Shown: positions 26,402 through 37,310 of the stretch, piece after piece
Layout: each line of letters begins with the position of its first letter
Position numbering within the stretch: position 1 is the first letter of the stretch
NCBI GenBank assembly: GCA_047602425.1
Contig: JASGHG010000001.1
Span: forward strand, 2,240,001-2,304,000
Direction: 5' to 3'
DNA: 64,000 bases
DNA from: Nibricoccus sp.
GTDB taxonomy: Bacteria > Verrucomicrobiota > Verrucomicrobiia > Opitutales > Opitutaceae
Position numbers and translations under genes: made by a program
Notes under the pieces: generated by a model
Database searches by the model: none
The model's input: the letters and a program-made list of their open reading frames with translations, nothing else
What the model was told of the DNA's origin: nothing

Positions 26402-29341
26402 CTAACGCTTCAGCAGGAGCAACCAGGCGCCCGAGGAGGGTTTCGCAAAACGGTTGTCGCGGTCGAATTTCGCAGACTGAACGGCGCCGGTTTTCGCGTC
26501 GCACCAGAGGGCGGTGCGATGGGTGCCGGCGTTCTTCAATTCGACGAAGGCGGATTCGCCTTCGGGGAGGAAATAAAGCGAGATGCTGCGGTTTTCATTG
26601 GCGAGGAGCCAGGTGCTATTACCGGTATCGACCGGTTTTAGTTCGGCGAGACAGTCTCCGAGATGCTCGCGCACGAAAGCGATGAAGGCGCGGTCATCGC
26701 GATCGTTTTTCAGCGGCTGGGCGGCGGCGTAATCGGCCAGCAGCGGCATCGCGCCGCCCGCCATTAAGATCGGAACCGGACCCTGACCCGCGTGGGGAGC
26801 GATGATGGCTTTGTCGGGGAAGCGGTCGCGATATTCGCGGACTTGTTTGTACACGAGTGCGGCCGTGCCCTGTGGAATGAGATCCTTGCCGAAGGCGGCG
26901 GTGCGGTCCTCGCGGAAAGCAGTTTTGCCATCGCTGTGCGGGGCAAAGAGGGAACCATCAGCCAGATACTGCCAGTAGCGCTGGTCGACGGCGGCGACGA
27001 GCGAGGCGCGTTTGGGGTCGGCGAGAATGGCATCGGTGATGGCTTTGCTGGTATTGAGAACGATGAATACGCGTTTGCCGCGGGCGGCCTGCCATTCGGC
27101 GACGGTATCGAGGAAGAATTGTTGGAACGAGAGCGGGCCGGCGAATTGGAAGGCGAGGGTGTGGATGACGTTGGGTTGCCCGTCGAAGGCGTCGAGGCCG
27201 TGCCAAATGAAAAGCCGGTGCAACTCGCGGCGCACGGGATGGCTGATATCGTAGAAGTCGGCGACGATGCCGATTCGCGAACCGTTATTGGTGAAAGGTG
27301 GCGGTTCGGTGAAGCCGGTTTCCTGAATGCAGTTGGCGGAGCGCCAGGGAAATTCGGCCCAGTGTGCAGCGGCTTCGACAAAGTTATGATGATTGTAGAA
27401 ATGATGGTAGAGAATCATGTCGCGGTGGGCGCACTCGGTCGCGAATTCACGGAGACGATTCCAATACCAAGGGTTGAACTTCGTGAGATCGTATTTGCTC
27501 AGTCCATCGGCGGCGGTGCCTTGGCCGCTGCGAGCCCACGGCGTTTCATAAAAAGGGGCACAGACATCGGCGTCGGGCTGGCTGATGGTGAGATGAGAAT
27601 CGCGGCGGCGGTCGTACCAAAGGCCGGGCCAGACGTGGACAAGGGTATTGCCGTTTGCGGCGAGGCGGGTTGCGAGCTCGGACAGATCTTCAGTCAGGCC
27701 GGGTCCGGTTTTACCTGGAACCCAGCGCGTGGCGCTCCAGCCAAGTTCGGCGGCGCGGGCTGGGATCGCCTGGCCTTTCCACCAAGCGTTGCTGGTGGCT
27801 GTGCCGAAAAGAACTTTGTTGCGAATAGTGAAGCGGCCATTGGTGATGCCGAAGGGTGCGGAAAGTGAGACCGGCGGCGAAAAAACGGACGGCGGAGCGG
27901 ATTGGCCGGAGGCCGTAGATTGGAGATCGGAGGTCGGGGGTCGGGAATCGGCGCGGTTTGACGCGGGTTCGGATTTGACGGATTGCCGGGCGGCGAGCTG
28001 AGTGCGGTAGAGGGAAAGTTTAGTGGAGTCGGAAAGGTTTTGGTTACTGGCACCAGGCGGGTTTTCGGCGAGGATTTTTTTGGCCGTGCAGTTCCACGCC
28101 ATGGAATTGGCGGCATTCCAGCCGGCGCCCTGAAAACGTTCGCCGAGGGTGCCGAGGACGAGGGAGCCACCGTCGATTTTCACGTTGTCAAAGAGTGTGC
28201 CGGAAGCCCAGCTCTCGATGGATCCGCTGTCTCCCGTCGCATGGGTAGCCACGCATTCGAAGAACACATTCGGCCCGGCCGCGCAGTGTCCCACGAGAAA
28301 AGGATGACGTGCGCCGTCGGCGGTGCAGCGTTGCACGAGGATTTGTTGTCCACCCACGTAGAAACCGAAGCGCCGCCAGCCAGCGTCGGCACCGACCGGC
28401 GCCTCACTCCGGCAGTCCTGCACGGTGATCGCGCGAGTGCCGGTGCCGAGCCAAACGGCGGCGCTGACAAAGTGGCGGGCGGTCACATCGCGTACCCAGG
28501 CGTTTTCTGTATTTTCAATCTGAATACCGATCCAAGCGTGTTCTTCGTCAGTGGCAGAATTGGAATCGAACTCACTCTGCAAAGTAAGATTTTCTACGCC
28601 GACGTTTTGCAGGCGGCTCGGCCAGTTGAGCGTTTGTGCGGTGGCGTTGCCATATTTGGCCTCAAGGGCGGTGGTGATGGGCGCATCGAACGTAACAGCC
28701 TGCGCGGCGGCGTCGATGGCGATAATGGTTCGGTCCCACTCGATCTCGCGGGAACCGGGCACCCAATTGAGACGGATGTCGGGAAAATTTCCGGGAAATT
28801 TGTCCATGCCGAGGTCTTGGGCCCACTCCTTCGTGCTCGGACGGCGGATGAGCACGCGTTGCCCGATCGACAGTCCATCAACCTTTGCAAGTTTGAGAGT
28901 CCGGCCTCCAACCGGGGCATCGGCGCCGATCGCGAGAGGAATGCCCAGCTTGCGATCCAAGGCGCTGCCAGAAATGAGAATGAGCGCCCGTCGCGATTGG
29001 CCGGTCGCCACCAACGTCGCGTTTTCGCCACGGAGTACGACACCGGAAGCGCGGATTTGCAGCTGGCCACTGACGGGATAAACGCCGGCTTTGAGGAGGA
29101 TGGCCCCTCGCAGGCCGGAGGGTGTGACGGCGAGCGAAGAAACTTTGTCGATAGCGGATTGGATGGCCGCGGTTGCATCGCCCTTTGACGGTTCGATGAT
29201 CATCGCATGGGCGACTTCCGGCAGGGGCAACTCTCCGCCGCTGAATCCCGCTTGGGAATAGTCCAGCGAAGCAGGCTCGGCAAAAAGAGCAACCGAACTA
29301 ACAAAAAGGAATAGTCCAAAAAAAAGGCGGGGACGGAGCAT
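26402..29341 (-). CDS. Secreted pectate-lyase-like beta-helix protein with a C-terminal DUF6298-like domain
   Basis: Signal peptide, LDYSQAGFSGG, DATAAIQSAID, ASGVVLRG, SWASGTLFDNV and PFYETPWARSGQGTAADGLSKYDLTKFNPWYWNRL. Confidence 0.75.
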   Translation of the reverse strand: MLRPRLFFGLFLFVSSVALFAEPASLDYSQAGFSGGELPLPEVAHAMIIEPSKGDATAAIQSAIDKVSSLAVTPSGLRGAILLKAGVYPVSGQLQIRASGVVLRGENATLVATGQSRRALILISGSALDRKLGIPLAIGADAPVGGRTLKLAKVDGLSIGQRVLIRRPSTKEWAQDLGMDKFPGNFPDIRLNWVPGSREIEWDRTIIAIDAAAQAVTFDAPITTALEAKYGNATAQTLNWPSRLQNVGVENLTLQSEFDSNSATDEEHAWIGIQIENTENAWVRDVTARHFVSAAVWLGTGTRAITVQDCRSEAPVGADAGWRRFGFYVGGQQILVQRCTADGARHPFLVGHCAAGPNVFFECVATHATGDSGSIESWASGTLFDNVKIDGGSLVLGTLGERFQGAGWNAANSMAWNCTAKKILAENPPGASNQNLSDSTKLSLYRTQLAARQSVKSEPASNRADSRPPTSDLQSTASGQSAPPSVFSPPVSLSAPFGITNGRFTIRNKVLFGTATSNAWWKGQAIPARAAELGWSATRWVPGKTGPGLTEDLSELATRLAANGNTLVHVWPGLWYDRRRDSHLTISQPDADVCAPFYETPWARSGQGTAADGLSKYDLTKFNPWYWNRLREFATECAHRDMILYHHFYNHHNFVEAAAHWAEFPWRSANCIQETGFTEPPPFTNNGSRIGIVADFYDISHPVRRELHRLFIWHGLDAFDGQPNVIHTLAFQFAGPLSFQQFFLDTVAEWQAARGKRVFIVLNTSKAITDAILADPKRASLVAAVDQRYWQYLADGSLFAPHSDGKTAFREDRTAAFGKDLIPQGTAALVYKQVREYRDRFPDKAIIAPHAGQGPVPILMAGGAMPLLADYAAAQPLKNDRDDRAFIAFVREHLGDCLAELKPVDTGNSTWLLANENRSISLYFLPEGESAFVELKNAGTHRTALWCDAKTGAVQSAKFDRDNRFAKPSSGAWLLLLKR

Positions 29342-29486
29342 CGGTGGGAGGAATTTATGAAAAACACTACGCCTCGGCCATCACTGGCGCCAATGGAAAA
29401 TAACTCCGCGCGAATCAAGAATCGGGGGAACGACGGCAGCGAGAAGCCTTGCGTCGATCGCAGTTTGGGGGAAACTGCGCCATTGG

Positions 29487-29840
29487 GTGAACAACGACGT
29501 TTTACCGAAGTGCCTCGCTTGCGGCGTATGCTGTTTCTCGCGGCTGGAGACTTATGTGCGCGTAAGCGGCGCCGACTGGACCAGACTGGGCGACGATGCC
29601 GGCCGCTACGCGTACTTCATAGGGCATCGCGCATACATGAATATGGAGGAAGGCCATTGCGCGGCGTTAGAGATACAAATAGGTTCGGAAGGTACACGTG
29701 AATATATTTGCAGAGTCTATGATCGACGGCCCCAAATCTGTCGCGATTTGGAGCGAGGTTCCCCTCAATGCGCCGGCGAGCGTTTGCTCAAAAGCGACCG
29801 GCCGTCGGAGAGTCCGAGCCCAATGGAGGTAGCAACTTAG
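29487..29840 (+). CDS. YkgJ-family CxxCxxCC cysteine-cluster protein
   Basis: CLACGVCC...CAAL...CRVYDRRPQICR. Confidence 0.85.
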   Translation: MNNDVLPKCLACGVCCFSRLETYVRVSGADWTRLGDDAGRYAYFIGHRAYMNMEEGHCAALEIQIGSEGTREYICRVYDRRPQICRDLERGSPQCAGERLLKSDRPSESPSPMEVAT

Positions 29841-30760
29841 CGCGGCGGACGAGACTGGCTGCCCCGGTCGAGCTTCTGATCGTCATAGGAGAGAGGATCC
29901 TCGATGGGTTCCAGGTGGGTGAAAACGGAAGAGTCCTTCACTGCGGTCCGGATCTCCGCTTCAATTTTTTCCAGCAAGTCATGGCCCTGTTGCACGGACC
30001 AGGCGCCAGGGACAAGCACGTCGACGGCAATGAATTTCCGCGCGCCCGCCTGGCGCGTGCGCAGTGCGTGAAACTGGATGCCGTCATTTTCATGCCGGGC
30101 AAAAATCGCCTTAACCGCCGTGATATTCTCGAAAGGCAGGGCAGCGTCCATAAGACCCGCGATGGAGCGGCGCACGATTTTAACACCGGTCCAGACAATG
30201 TTGGCGGCGACGAGAATGGCCACGATTGGATCAAGGCGTGTCCAGCCCGTGACCGCCACTGCGCCAATCGCGGCCACGACGCCCACCGAAGTCCAGACAT
30301 CGGTCATCAAGTGATGGCCGTTCGCTTCGAGCGTGATTGAATTTCGTTTGCGACCGACGCGGATCATCAACAGTGCCGTCGCGAGATTGATGACCGAGGC
30401 CGCGAGCGAAACCACTAAACCGACTCCAATTTGTTCCAACGGTTTCGGGTTCAGCAGGCGTCCGTAGGCGGCCCAGGCGATGCTGCCAGCTGCGATCAGG
30501 ATCAATGTACCTTCAACGCCGCTCGAAAAATATTCCGCCTTGTTGTGCCCGTAAGCATGTTCGTCATCCGCCGGGCGCGCGGCAATTTTCAACATCGTCA
30601 AGGCCATGACGCCACCGGCAAGATTCACGAGGGATTCCACGGCATCGGAAAACAATCCCACCGAACCTGTCAGCAGATACGCCGTGGATTTCAGCACGAT
30701 CGTTGCGATCGAGGCCGCGATCGAAATCCAGGCAAAGCGGGTGAGGGAGACTTTTTCCAT
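29837..30760 (-). CDS. Cation diffusion facilitator (FieF-like)
   Basis: TGSVGLFSDAVES, HAYGHNKAEY, HLMTDVWTS and VFTHLEP. ATG 30760 is preferred. Confidence 0.92.
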   Translation of the reverse strand: MEKVSLTRFAWISIAASIATIVLKSTAYLLTGSVGLFSDAVESLVNLAGGVMALTMLKIAARPADDEHAYGHNKAEYFSSGVEGTLILIAAGSIAWAAYGRLLNPKPLEQIGVGLVVSLAASVINLATALLMIRVGRKRNSITLEANGHHLMTDVWTSVGVVAAIGAVAVTGWTRLDPIVAILVAANIVWTGVKIVRRSIAGLMDAALPFENITAVKAIFARHENDGIQFHALRTRQAGARKFIAVDVLVPGAWSVQQGHDLLEKIEAEIRTAVKDSSVFTHLEPIEDPLSYDDQKLDRGSQSRPPR

Positions 30761-30920
30761 GAGGGATTTTGCCGATTTGTGAGCGACAAAAAAACACTGC
30801 GAGCATTCTCGGGGTTCGGGCAAATGTTTTCGCCAAAAGGCTTCGGATGGTTCTGTCTGGCATTCCCCTTCTGCAAGTCCGCAAGAACGGCAAAGCAAAA
30901 CACCCAGCGACTAGGGCAAA

Positions 30921-31802
30921 ATGTCTTCCGCCATGAATTCCGTCCGTCCAGAAACTTTGCACGATTACCACGAACGGTTGAATCGCGTGCTGGTGCACAT
31001 CGACCAGCATCGGAGCGAAGCGCTTTCGCTCGACCGGCTCGCGGGAATTGCCTGCCTTTCGCCCTGCCATTTCCACCGGACCTTCCGGGCGATGGTTGGC
31101 GAACCGCTGGGGCAGTACGTGCAACGAATCCGCTTGGAAACCGCCGCCTTGCATCTGCAAACCTCGACTCGCAGCGTGCTCGAAATCTCGCTCGATGCAG
31201 GTTATGAAAGCGCGGCGGCCTTCACGCGGGCTTTTGAACAACGGTTCGGTCTGGCTCCCACCGAATGCCGCGCTTCCCACCGTTTTGAACTAAAAGTGCG
31301 CGCGGCCAAACTAAAACAAAATAATACCGCCAATATGATCGCTCCCGAAATCCGCCACCGCACTCCCACTGCTGTCGCCTTCGTTCGCCATACAGGTCCT
31401 TATGCTTCCGTCGGCGCGGCCTGGCAAAAAATCTGTTCCTTCGCCGGTTCGCGCCAGCTGTTGGGTCCCAAAACCAACTACATCGGCATCAGCCATGACG
31501 ATCCAAACATCACCGCTAATGAACAATTGCGTTACGACGCCTGCGTGACGCTAGACCGCGAACTTCAGCCCGCCGGTGAAGTCGGCGTACAAACCATTCC
31601 GGGGGGCCGATACGCGGTCTTTCTCCATTGTGGGCCTTACGAAAATTTCAATGCGACTTACGACGCGATCTATCGCGATTGGCTTCCGAGCAGCCATGAG
31701 CAGTTGCGCAACCAGTCTTCATTCGAGATTTATCTCAACTCGGTGGAAAACACCCCGCCAGCGGACCTTCGCACCGAGATTTGGGTTCCGCTGGAGAATT
31801 GA
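30921..31802 (+). CDS. AraC-family regulator with C-terminal GyrI-like effector domain
   Basis: SPCHFHRTF, GYESAAAFTRAF, HDDPNIT...LRYDAC and GGRYAVFLHCGPY. Confidence 0.92.
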   Translation: MSSAMNSVRPETLHDYHERLNRVLVHIDQHRSEALSLDRLAGIACLSPCHFHRTFRAMVGEPLGQYVQRIRLETAALHLQTSTRSVLEISLDAGYESAAAFTRAFEQRFGLAPTECRASHRFELKVRAAKLKQNNTANMIAPEIRHRTPTAVAFVRHTGPYASVGAAWQKICSFAGSRQLLGPKTNYIGISHDDPNITANEQLRYDACVTLDRELQPAGEVGVQTIPGGRYAVFLHCGPYENFNATYDAIYRDWLPSSHEQLRNQSSFEIYLNSVENTPPADLRTEIWVPLEN

Positions 31803-31855
31803 GCTCAATCCAACCGATCCACCCACCACCACTATTTTTAAAATCACAATAATAT

Positions 31856-32470
31856 ATGGCACCGAAGAAAATCGATCTGAAGAAGGAGCTGAAAGAGCTC
31901 TATGGCGCTCCGACGAAGGAGATCGTGCAGATAGAAGTGCCAGCACTCTGGTTTCTTATGGTGGACGGGCAGGGAGATCCAAACACGACACCTGAGTATG
32001 CAGAGGCGGTGGAAGCACTATTCTCGGTTTCCTACACGGCGAAATTCATGATCAAAAAGGGCCCGCGGAAAATCGACTACGCGGTCATGCCGCTGGAGGG
32101 CCTCTGGTGGGCGGACGACATGTCGGTTTTCACATCCGGTGAAAAAGCGAAATGGAAATGGACCATAATGATCATGCAGCCGGATTTTGTGAGCAAGGAA
32201 ACGGTCGATGCTGCGTTGGCCGAAGTGCGAAAAAAGAAGGACCTTCCTGGTGTTGATCGGTTGCGGTACGAAAAATTTGCCGAAGGTCGCTGCGCGCAAG
32301 TCATGCACATCGGACCATTTTCAGAGGAGGGGCCGACCATTGTCCGCCTGCATGAATTTATCGACGCCCGCTCCTCCCGGACGGGAAAGCACCACGAGAT
32401 CTACCTCAGTGACATACGTCGCGCCAACCCCAGCCGCTGGAAAACAATTCTTCGCCAGCCGATGAAATGA
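31856..32470 (+). CDS. GyrI-like small-molecule-binding protein
   Basis: FLMVDGQGDPN, VMPLEGLWW, HIGPFSEE, HHEIYLSD and KTILRQP. Confidence 0.88.
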   Translation: MAPKKIDLKKELKELYGAPTKEIVQIEVPALWFLMVDGQGDPNTTPEYAEAVEALFSVSYTAKFMIKKGPRKIDYAVMPLEGLWWADDMSVFTSGEKAKWKWTIMIMQPDFVSKETVDAALAEVRKKKDLPGVDRLRYEKFAEGRCAQVMHIGPFSEEGPTIVRLHEFIDARSSRTGKHHEIYLSDIRRANPSRWKTILRQPMK

Positions 32471-32543
32471 CAGCCATTTTCCGGCCAAGCCGTAGAATCG
32501 GGCGTGCGTTGAAAGCGGTTTCAGTTTTGGCTCGGGGCCAAGC

Positions 32544-33350
32544 ATGGCCTTTGTTCACTCTCATCACCCGGTTACACCGACCGCCACCGATATTCTTTTT
32601 GTGATTCAAGGGGATCGCCTGCTCGCGCGGCTCGACACGGCTGGCGCGCTGCAATTGCCAGACTTTAACGCCGGCCAGGCTTGGCTTCCGGCCGAACGCC
32701 AACCGCTAGGTCAGCTCGACGGAAAAACGTGCTGGTCATGCAGCATCGCCGACGCGAACAAGCTGCCTCTTGCCGGTTGGGAATGGTTTGAGACGCGCAG
32801 TTTGCTTTCGGTGTTCGCGCCCGGGCAGTTGCAGGCCGTCAGCTGTGCGCGCGAGCTCCATTGGTGGCAGGCGCGGAATCGTTTTTGCGGATGCTGTGGC
32901 GCACCGACGGTCGATGTTGCAACAGAACGCGCGAAAAAATGTCCGCAGTGCGCCGCGGTGTTTTTCCCCAACGCTTCGCCCGCCGTCATCGTGGCGGTGA
33001 CGCGTGGCGACGAGATCTTGCTCGCGCATAATCGGAATTTTCGGCCCGGCATGTTCAGCCTGCTGGCGGGCTTCGTCGATCCGGGTGAAACGCTGGAACA
33101 GGCGGCATCGCGCGAAGTGCGGGAAGAAGTCGGCGTGGAAATCGGCGAACTCCGCTACATTTCGAGCCAGCCGTGGCCGTTTCCGAATTCATTGATGCTT
33201 GGCTTCCGAGCGCAGTACCTTGGTGGCGAACTGACCGTCGACGGCAAAGAAATCGAAGAAGCCCGTTGGTTCACGCGCGATCAACTTCCCGAAATCCCGC
33301 GTCCTGGCACAGTGGCTCGATCAATCATCGACGCTTGGCTGAAGGAATAA
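32544..33350 (+). CDS. nudC: NADH pyrophosphatase / NAD-cap decapping Nudix enzyme
   Basis: RFCGCCG and CPQC zinc ribbon, Nudix box AGFVDPGETLEQAASREVREEVG, and SQPWPFP. Confidence 0.93.
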   Translation: MAFVHSHHPVTPTATDILFVIQGDRLLARLDTAGALQLPDFNAGQAWLPAERQPLGQLDGKTCWSCSIADANKLPLAGWEWFETRSLLSVFAPGQLQAVSCARELHWWQARNRFCGCCGAPTVDVATERAKKCPQCAAVFFPNASPAVIVAVTRGDEILLAHNRNFRPGMFSLLAGFVDPGETLEQAASREVREEVGVEIGELRYISSQPWPFPNSLMLGFRAQYLGGELTVDGKEIEEARWFTRDQLPEIPRPGTVARSIIDAWLKE

Positions 33351-33393
33351 TCCCTTCACCAATCCTCTGCCGGTGAGGAAGCTTCCCCAGAAG

Positions 33394-33487
33394 TTTGTCA
33401 CGTATTGCGTGGCAATTTGGTGGTTTTGCCCTCGTGTATTAATGGTTAAAAAGGGCTATAGATTTGTCACGTAATACGTGACAAATC
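33394..33487. repeat. Inverted doublet of GTCACG-TAWTA-CGTGAC palindromes
   Basis: Degenerate TTGTCACGTATTGCGTGGCAA (33395-33415) and perfect GATTTGTCACGTAATACGTGACAAATC (33461-33487). Confidence 0.8.
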
Positions 33488-33653
33488 CCGAGCTGACCAT
33501 GCTGGAGAAGGGAAGCCGACGCGGGGTTGGATAAGGGAGCCGATGAAATTTTTGGAAATGGGCGAAGTTTCGATTGATTTAACGTTAATTCAGGGCATTT
33601 TGATCGGACCCTGCCCAAGCCCCCGTCTGATATTGCGCTCCGCGCCAGCCCCG

Positions 33654-34994
33654 ATGATTCCTTCCAATCCCGATTCTGCTCCGGTTGCCGTGCCTCCAAA
33701 AAAACCGGTCCACTTGCTGATGTGGGTGCCGACGTTGTACCTGGCAATGGGTTTGCCTAATGTCACCGTCGGCGCCGTTGCCGCGATCATGTATAAAAAC
33801 ATGGGCGTTTCGACGGAGGACATCGCGATCTACACGAGTCAGCTTTATCTGCCGTGGGTTTTGAAACCACTGTGGTCCCCGTTTTTGGAACCATTTCGCA
33901 CCAAAGGTTTTTGGGTAGTCGCAATGGAGTTCGTCATGATGGCCTCGTTGGGACTGGTGGCATTTTCGCTGCCGATCCCGGGATTCTTTGCAATGTCGCT
34001 GGCATTTTTCTGGATCACCGGTTTTGCCTCCGCGACGCAGGATATAGTTGCGGACGGCGTATTCATGACCACGGCATCGCTCAAGGATCAGGCGCGTTAC
34101 TCCGGTCTGCAGGGCATGTGCTGGAATATGGGGGCGGTGATTGCGTCGGGTGTGTTGGTTTCGTTGACCGGCAAGATGCACGACGAATGGGGACTTTCGT
34201 GGCAACAAAGTTGGATGATCATCATGGGATTGGTTGCGGTAGTGATGGGGCTGTTTGGCGTCTGGCATATTCGCGTGCTGCCGCCCGGTGAGATTTCGCC
34301 GATGCAGGGACACGGCATAAAAGCGGCGTTTCACTCGCTCGAAGAAACCTGGGTAACATTTTTCAAGAAACCGCAAATTTGGTTCATGATCGTGGTCGTA
34401 TTTTTCTACCGCTTTGGCGAAGGCTTCATCGAGAAACTGGGGCCGATTTTTCTGCTGGATAGTCGTGTGGCGGGCGGATTGGGGCTCAGCAATCAGATCC
34501 AAGGAATGATCAATGGTTCGGTTGGCACGATTGCATTCATAACGGGCGCGTTTCTCGGTGGATTTCTCGCCGCTAAAATGACGCTGCGACGTTCATTTTT
34601 CATTCTGGCGCTCTCGCTCAATATCCCGCACTTGACGTATTTCTATCTAAGCCACGCGTTGCCGACGGATCACTCGTGGATTGCGATAATTGTCGTTATA
34701 GAAAAGTTCGGTTTCGGGATGGGTTCGGTTGGCCATATGCTCTATATGATGCAGCAGATCGCGCCGGGAAATTTCCGCATGAGCCACTATGCTTTTGCGA
34801 CGGGAATCATGGCGGCGACCAAATGGCTCACCGGGTGGATCAGCGGTCCGATTTTTGCCCATTATCTGGATCATAATTACGCCAAGTTTTTCACCTTTGT
34901 TCTTTTCGCTTCGATACCGCCAGTGATCCTGGCGTTTGTTGCGCCGTTCCCTCACAAATATGACGACCAAGCCGCGGGGCCAACGGGTCACTGA
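33654..34994 (+). CDS. MFS transporter, AmpG-like
   Basis: WVPTLYLAMGLP, LPWVLKPLWSP, FASATQDIVADG and YRFGEG; about 12 TM. Start position uncertain. Confidence 0.85.
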   Translation: MIPSNPDSAPVAVPPKKPVHLLMWVPTLYLAMGLPNVTVGAVAAIMYKNMGVSTEDIAIYTSQLYLPWVLKPLWSPFLEPFRTKGFWVVAMEFVMMASLGLVAFSLPIPGFFAMSLAFFWITGFASATQDIVADGVFMTTASLKDQARYSGLQGMCWNMGAVIASGVLVSLTGKMHDEWGLSWQQSWMIIMGLVAVVMGLFGVWHIRVLPPGEISPMQGHGIKAAFHSLEETWVTFFKKPQIWFMIVVVFFYRFGEGFIEKLGPIFLLDSRVAGGLGLSNQIQGMINGSVGTIAFITGAFLGGFLAAKMTLRRSFFILALSLNIPHLTYFYLSHALPTDHSWIAIIVVIEKFGFGMGSVGHMLYMMQQIAPGNFRMSHYAFATGIMAATKWLTGWISGPIFAHYLDHNYAKFFTFVLFASIPPVILAFVAPFPHKYDDQAAGPTGH

Positions 34995-35020
34995 GCAATT
35001 TTATATCGAAAGCGTTTACG

Positions 35021-37279
35021 ATGCCCCGCCGCACATTTTTCATCTTCGCCGGCCTCGGCTTGGGGCTTTTATTCGCGAGTAAAATGGTTGGAGCGGACGA
35101 AGCTTACCTCTGGCGAAATGTTGCGATTGGCGGTGGCGGTTTTGTGACCGGTGTGGAATTTCTTCCGACTGAGCGGGGTCTGGCCTATGCTCGAACGGAT
35201 GTTGGTGGAGCCTATCGGTGGGATGAAGCGGTTGCGCGCTGGACGCCGCTGCTCGATGGGCTGGGGCAGCCCGAGTGGAACTGGCAGGGCGTCGAGAGCA
35301 TCGCCATCGATCCTACGGACGCGAACCGTGTCTATCTTGCAGTCGGCACTTACACTTTGCCGGTGCCGGAGGTGAGCAACGGTGCGATTTTTCGTTCCCA
35401 TGATCGAGGCGCGACGTGGGCCATCGCAAAGTTACCCTTCAAACTCGGCGCCAACGAATCCGGCCGGGGCAGTGGCGAGCGATTGATCGTCGATCCTAAT
35501 TTTCCCTCTTTGATCTATTTCGGCACGCGACGCGATGGTCTTTGGCAAAGCAAAGATCGCGGTGAAACATGGGGACGGATGCCGGGTTGGCCAGATATTC
35601 CAGACGATAGCATTAAATACCGGCAGGAACCGGGTGGGCGCTACAATCCGCTCGCTCAGGCGGTGGGCCTTCTCTGGGTGCGTATCGATCGTTCCAGCGG
35701 CAAGGCGGGCGAACCCACGCCGGTCGTTTACGCCGCGATTTCCCGCGTGGGCGAAAGTATTTTCCGCAGTGTCGATGCGGGCAAAACCTGGGCGCCGTTG
35801 CCGAACCAACCGACAGCGTTTCGTCCCACCAACGCGGCGCTGGCGCCTGACGGCACGCTCTATATATCGTATGCTGACGAGCCGGGCCCCTCCCGCATGC
35901 GCGATGGAGCGGTCTGGAAATTTGAGCCGAAAAGTGGCGCATGGACGGAAATTACGCCGGAGAAACCCTCGACGCCGGATTATACTTTTGGTTACGCTGG
36001 CGTGTGTGTTGACCCGTCCGATTCGAACACGCTGCTTGTGACAACGTGGAATCGTCGCGAACCATGCGACGAGATTTTTCGCAGCACCGACGGTGGCAAA
36101 ACCTGGGCACCACTCATGGCGACGGCGACGTGGGATCACTCGGCGGCGCCGTACACATCGACGATGAGCCACCACTGGATGAGCGATCCGGAGATCGATC
36201 CGTTCAACCGCGACCGCATCGTTTTCAACACCGGCTATGGACTTTGGGCTTCCACGAATGCCACGAAAGCCGGGCCGTCGCAGCCTGCGCACTGGATTTT
36301 TTTCAACAACGGCCTCGAAGAAACCGTGCCGCTCGCGCTGATCAGTCCGCCGGAGGGCGCGCATCTAGTCAGTGGCGTTGGCGATATTGACGGGTTTGTG
36401 CATGACGATTTCGCAGTTTCTCCTCCGAGCGGGCGGTTTTCCGCGCCGGGTTACAAGAACACGGAATGGCTCGACTTCGCGGCTGCCAAGCCTGCGACGA
36501 TCGTGCGGACCGGCACGACTTATCACGACGACCGCATTCTGGCGGCAATTTCCGACGATGGTGGCCACACGTGGACGGGGCTCGCCTCAGAGCCGCCTCA
36601 TCCTAACGACGCCCACAAGTTTACCACGGGACCCATTGCGATTTCAGCTGACGCGAAAACTATCGCTTGGACCCCAAAGGGAAGCGCACCGTTTTTCACC
36701 ACGGACCGGGGAAAGGAGTGGCGCGAGGCGCCCTTACCCACGAATGTCCGCGTGGTGGCCGATCGGGTAGAAGCCGAAACATTTTATGCCTACAACAGTG
36801 TCCAAGGCACCTTGCATGTCAGCACGGACGGAGGACGCAGTTTCGCAAAAACTCAATCGAACCTCGCTTTGCCGCCGCGACGCTTCGGTCATTTCGACTA
36901 CGGCAATCTCACGTCGGTACCTGGCCGTGCGGGAGAATTCTGGCTGGCGACGGGAACGCAGCTTTATCGTTTTACGAAACAAGGCCGCCAAAAGCAGGAT
37001 TTCCCGGATTTTTCGGACGCAATTGCCGTAGGTTTTGGCAAGGCGGCCCCCGGCGCGGAGCATCCGGCGGTATTTGTCGTGGGCAAATACAAGGGTCGCT
37101 ATGGCATTTACCGGTCGGACGATGCCGGTGCCAGCTGGTTGCGTATCACGGACGACGCACATCAATTTGGTTCGGCATCCCGGGTGACAGGCGATCCACG
37201 CGTGTACGGCCGGGTATATTTCTGCACCGGCGGCCGGGGCATCGTCTACGGCGAACGGACTGCAGATTCGCAGAAATAG
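35021..37279 (+). CDS. GH74 xyloglucanase/endoglucanase
   Basis: WRNVAIGGGGFVTG, YARTDVGGAYRWD, GRGSGERL, GLEETV and SGVGDIDGF; BNR repeats. Confidence 0.92.
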   Translation: MPRRTFFIFAGLGLGLLFASKMVGADEAYLWRNVAIGGGGFVTGVEFLPTERGLAYARTDVGGAYRWDEAVARWTPLLDGLGQPEWNWQGVESIAIDPTDANRVYLAVGTYTLPVPEVSNGAIFRSHDRGATWAIAKLPFKLGANESGRGSGERLIVDPNFPSLIYFGTRRDGLWQSKDRGETWGRMPGWPDIPDDSIKYRQEPGGRYNPLAQAVGLLWVRIDRSSGKAGEPTPVVYAAISRVGESIFRSVDAGKTWAPLPNQPTAFRPTNAALAPDGTLYISYADEPGPSRMRDGAVWKFEPKSGAWTEITPEKPSTPDYTFGYAGVCVDPSDSNTLLVTTWNRREPCDEIFRSTDGGKTWAPLMATATWDHSAAPYTSTMSHHWMSDPEIDPFNRDRIVFNTGYGLWASTNATKAGPSQPAHWIFFNNGLEETVPLALISPPEGAHLVSGVGDIDGFVHDDFAVSPPSGRFSAPGYKNTEWLDFAAAKPATIVRTGTTYHDDRILAAISDDGGHTWTGLASEPPHPNDAHKFTTGPIAISADAKTIAWTPKGSAPFFTTDRGKEWREAPLPTNVRVVADRVEAETFYAYNSVQGTLHVSTDGGRSFAKTQSNLALPPRRFGHFDYGNLTSVPGRAGEFWLATGTQLYRFTKQGRQKQDFPDFSDAIAVGFGKAAPGAEHPAVFVVGKYKGRYGIYRSDDAGASWLRITDDAHQFGSASRVTGDPRVYGRVYFCTGGRGIVYGERTADSQK

Positions 37280-37310
37280 TTAAGGCTCCCTCAGTTTTTG
37301 GCAGAGATTC

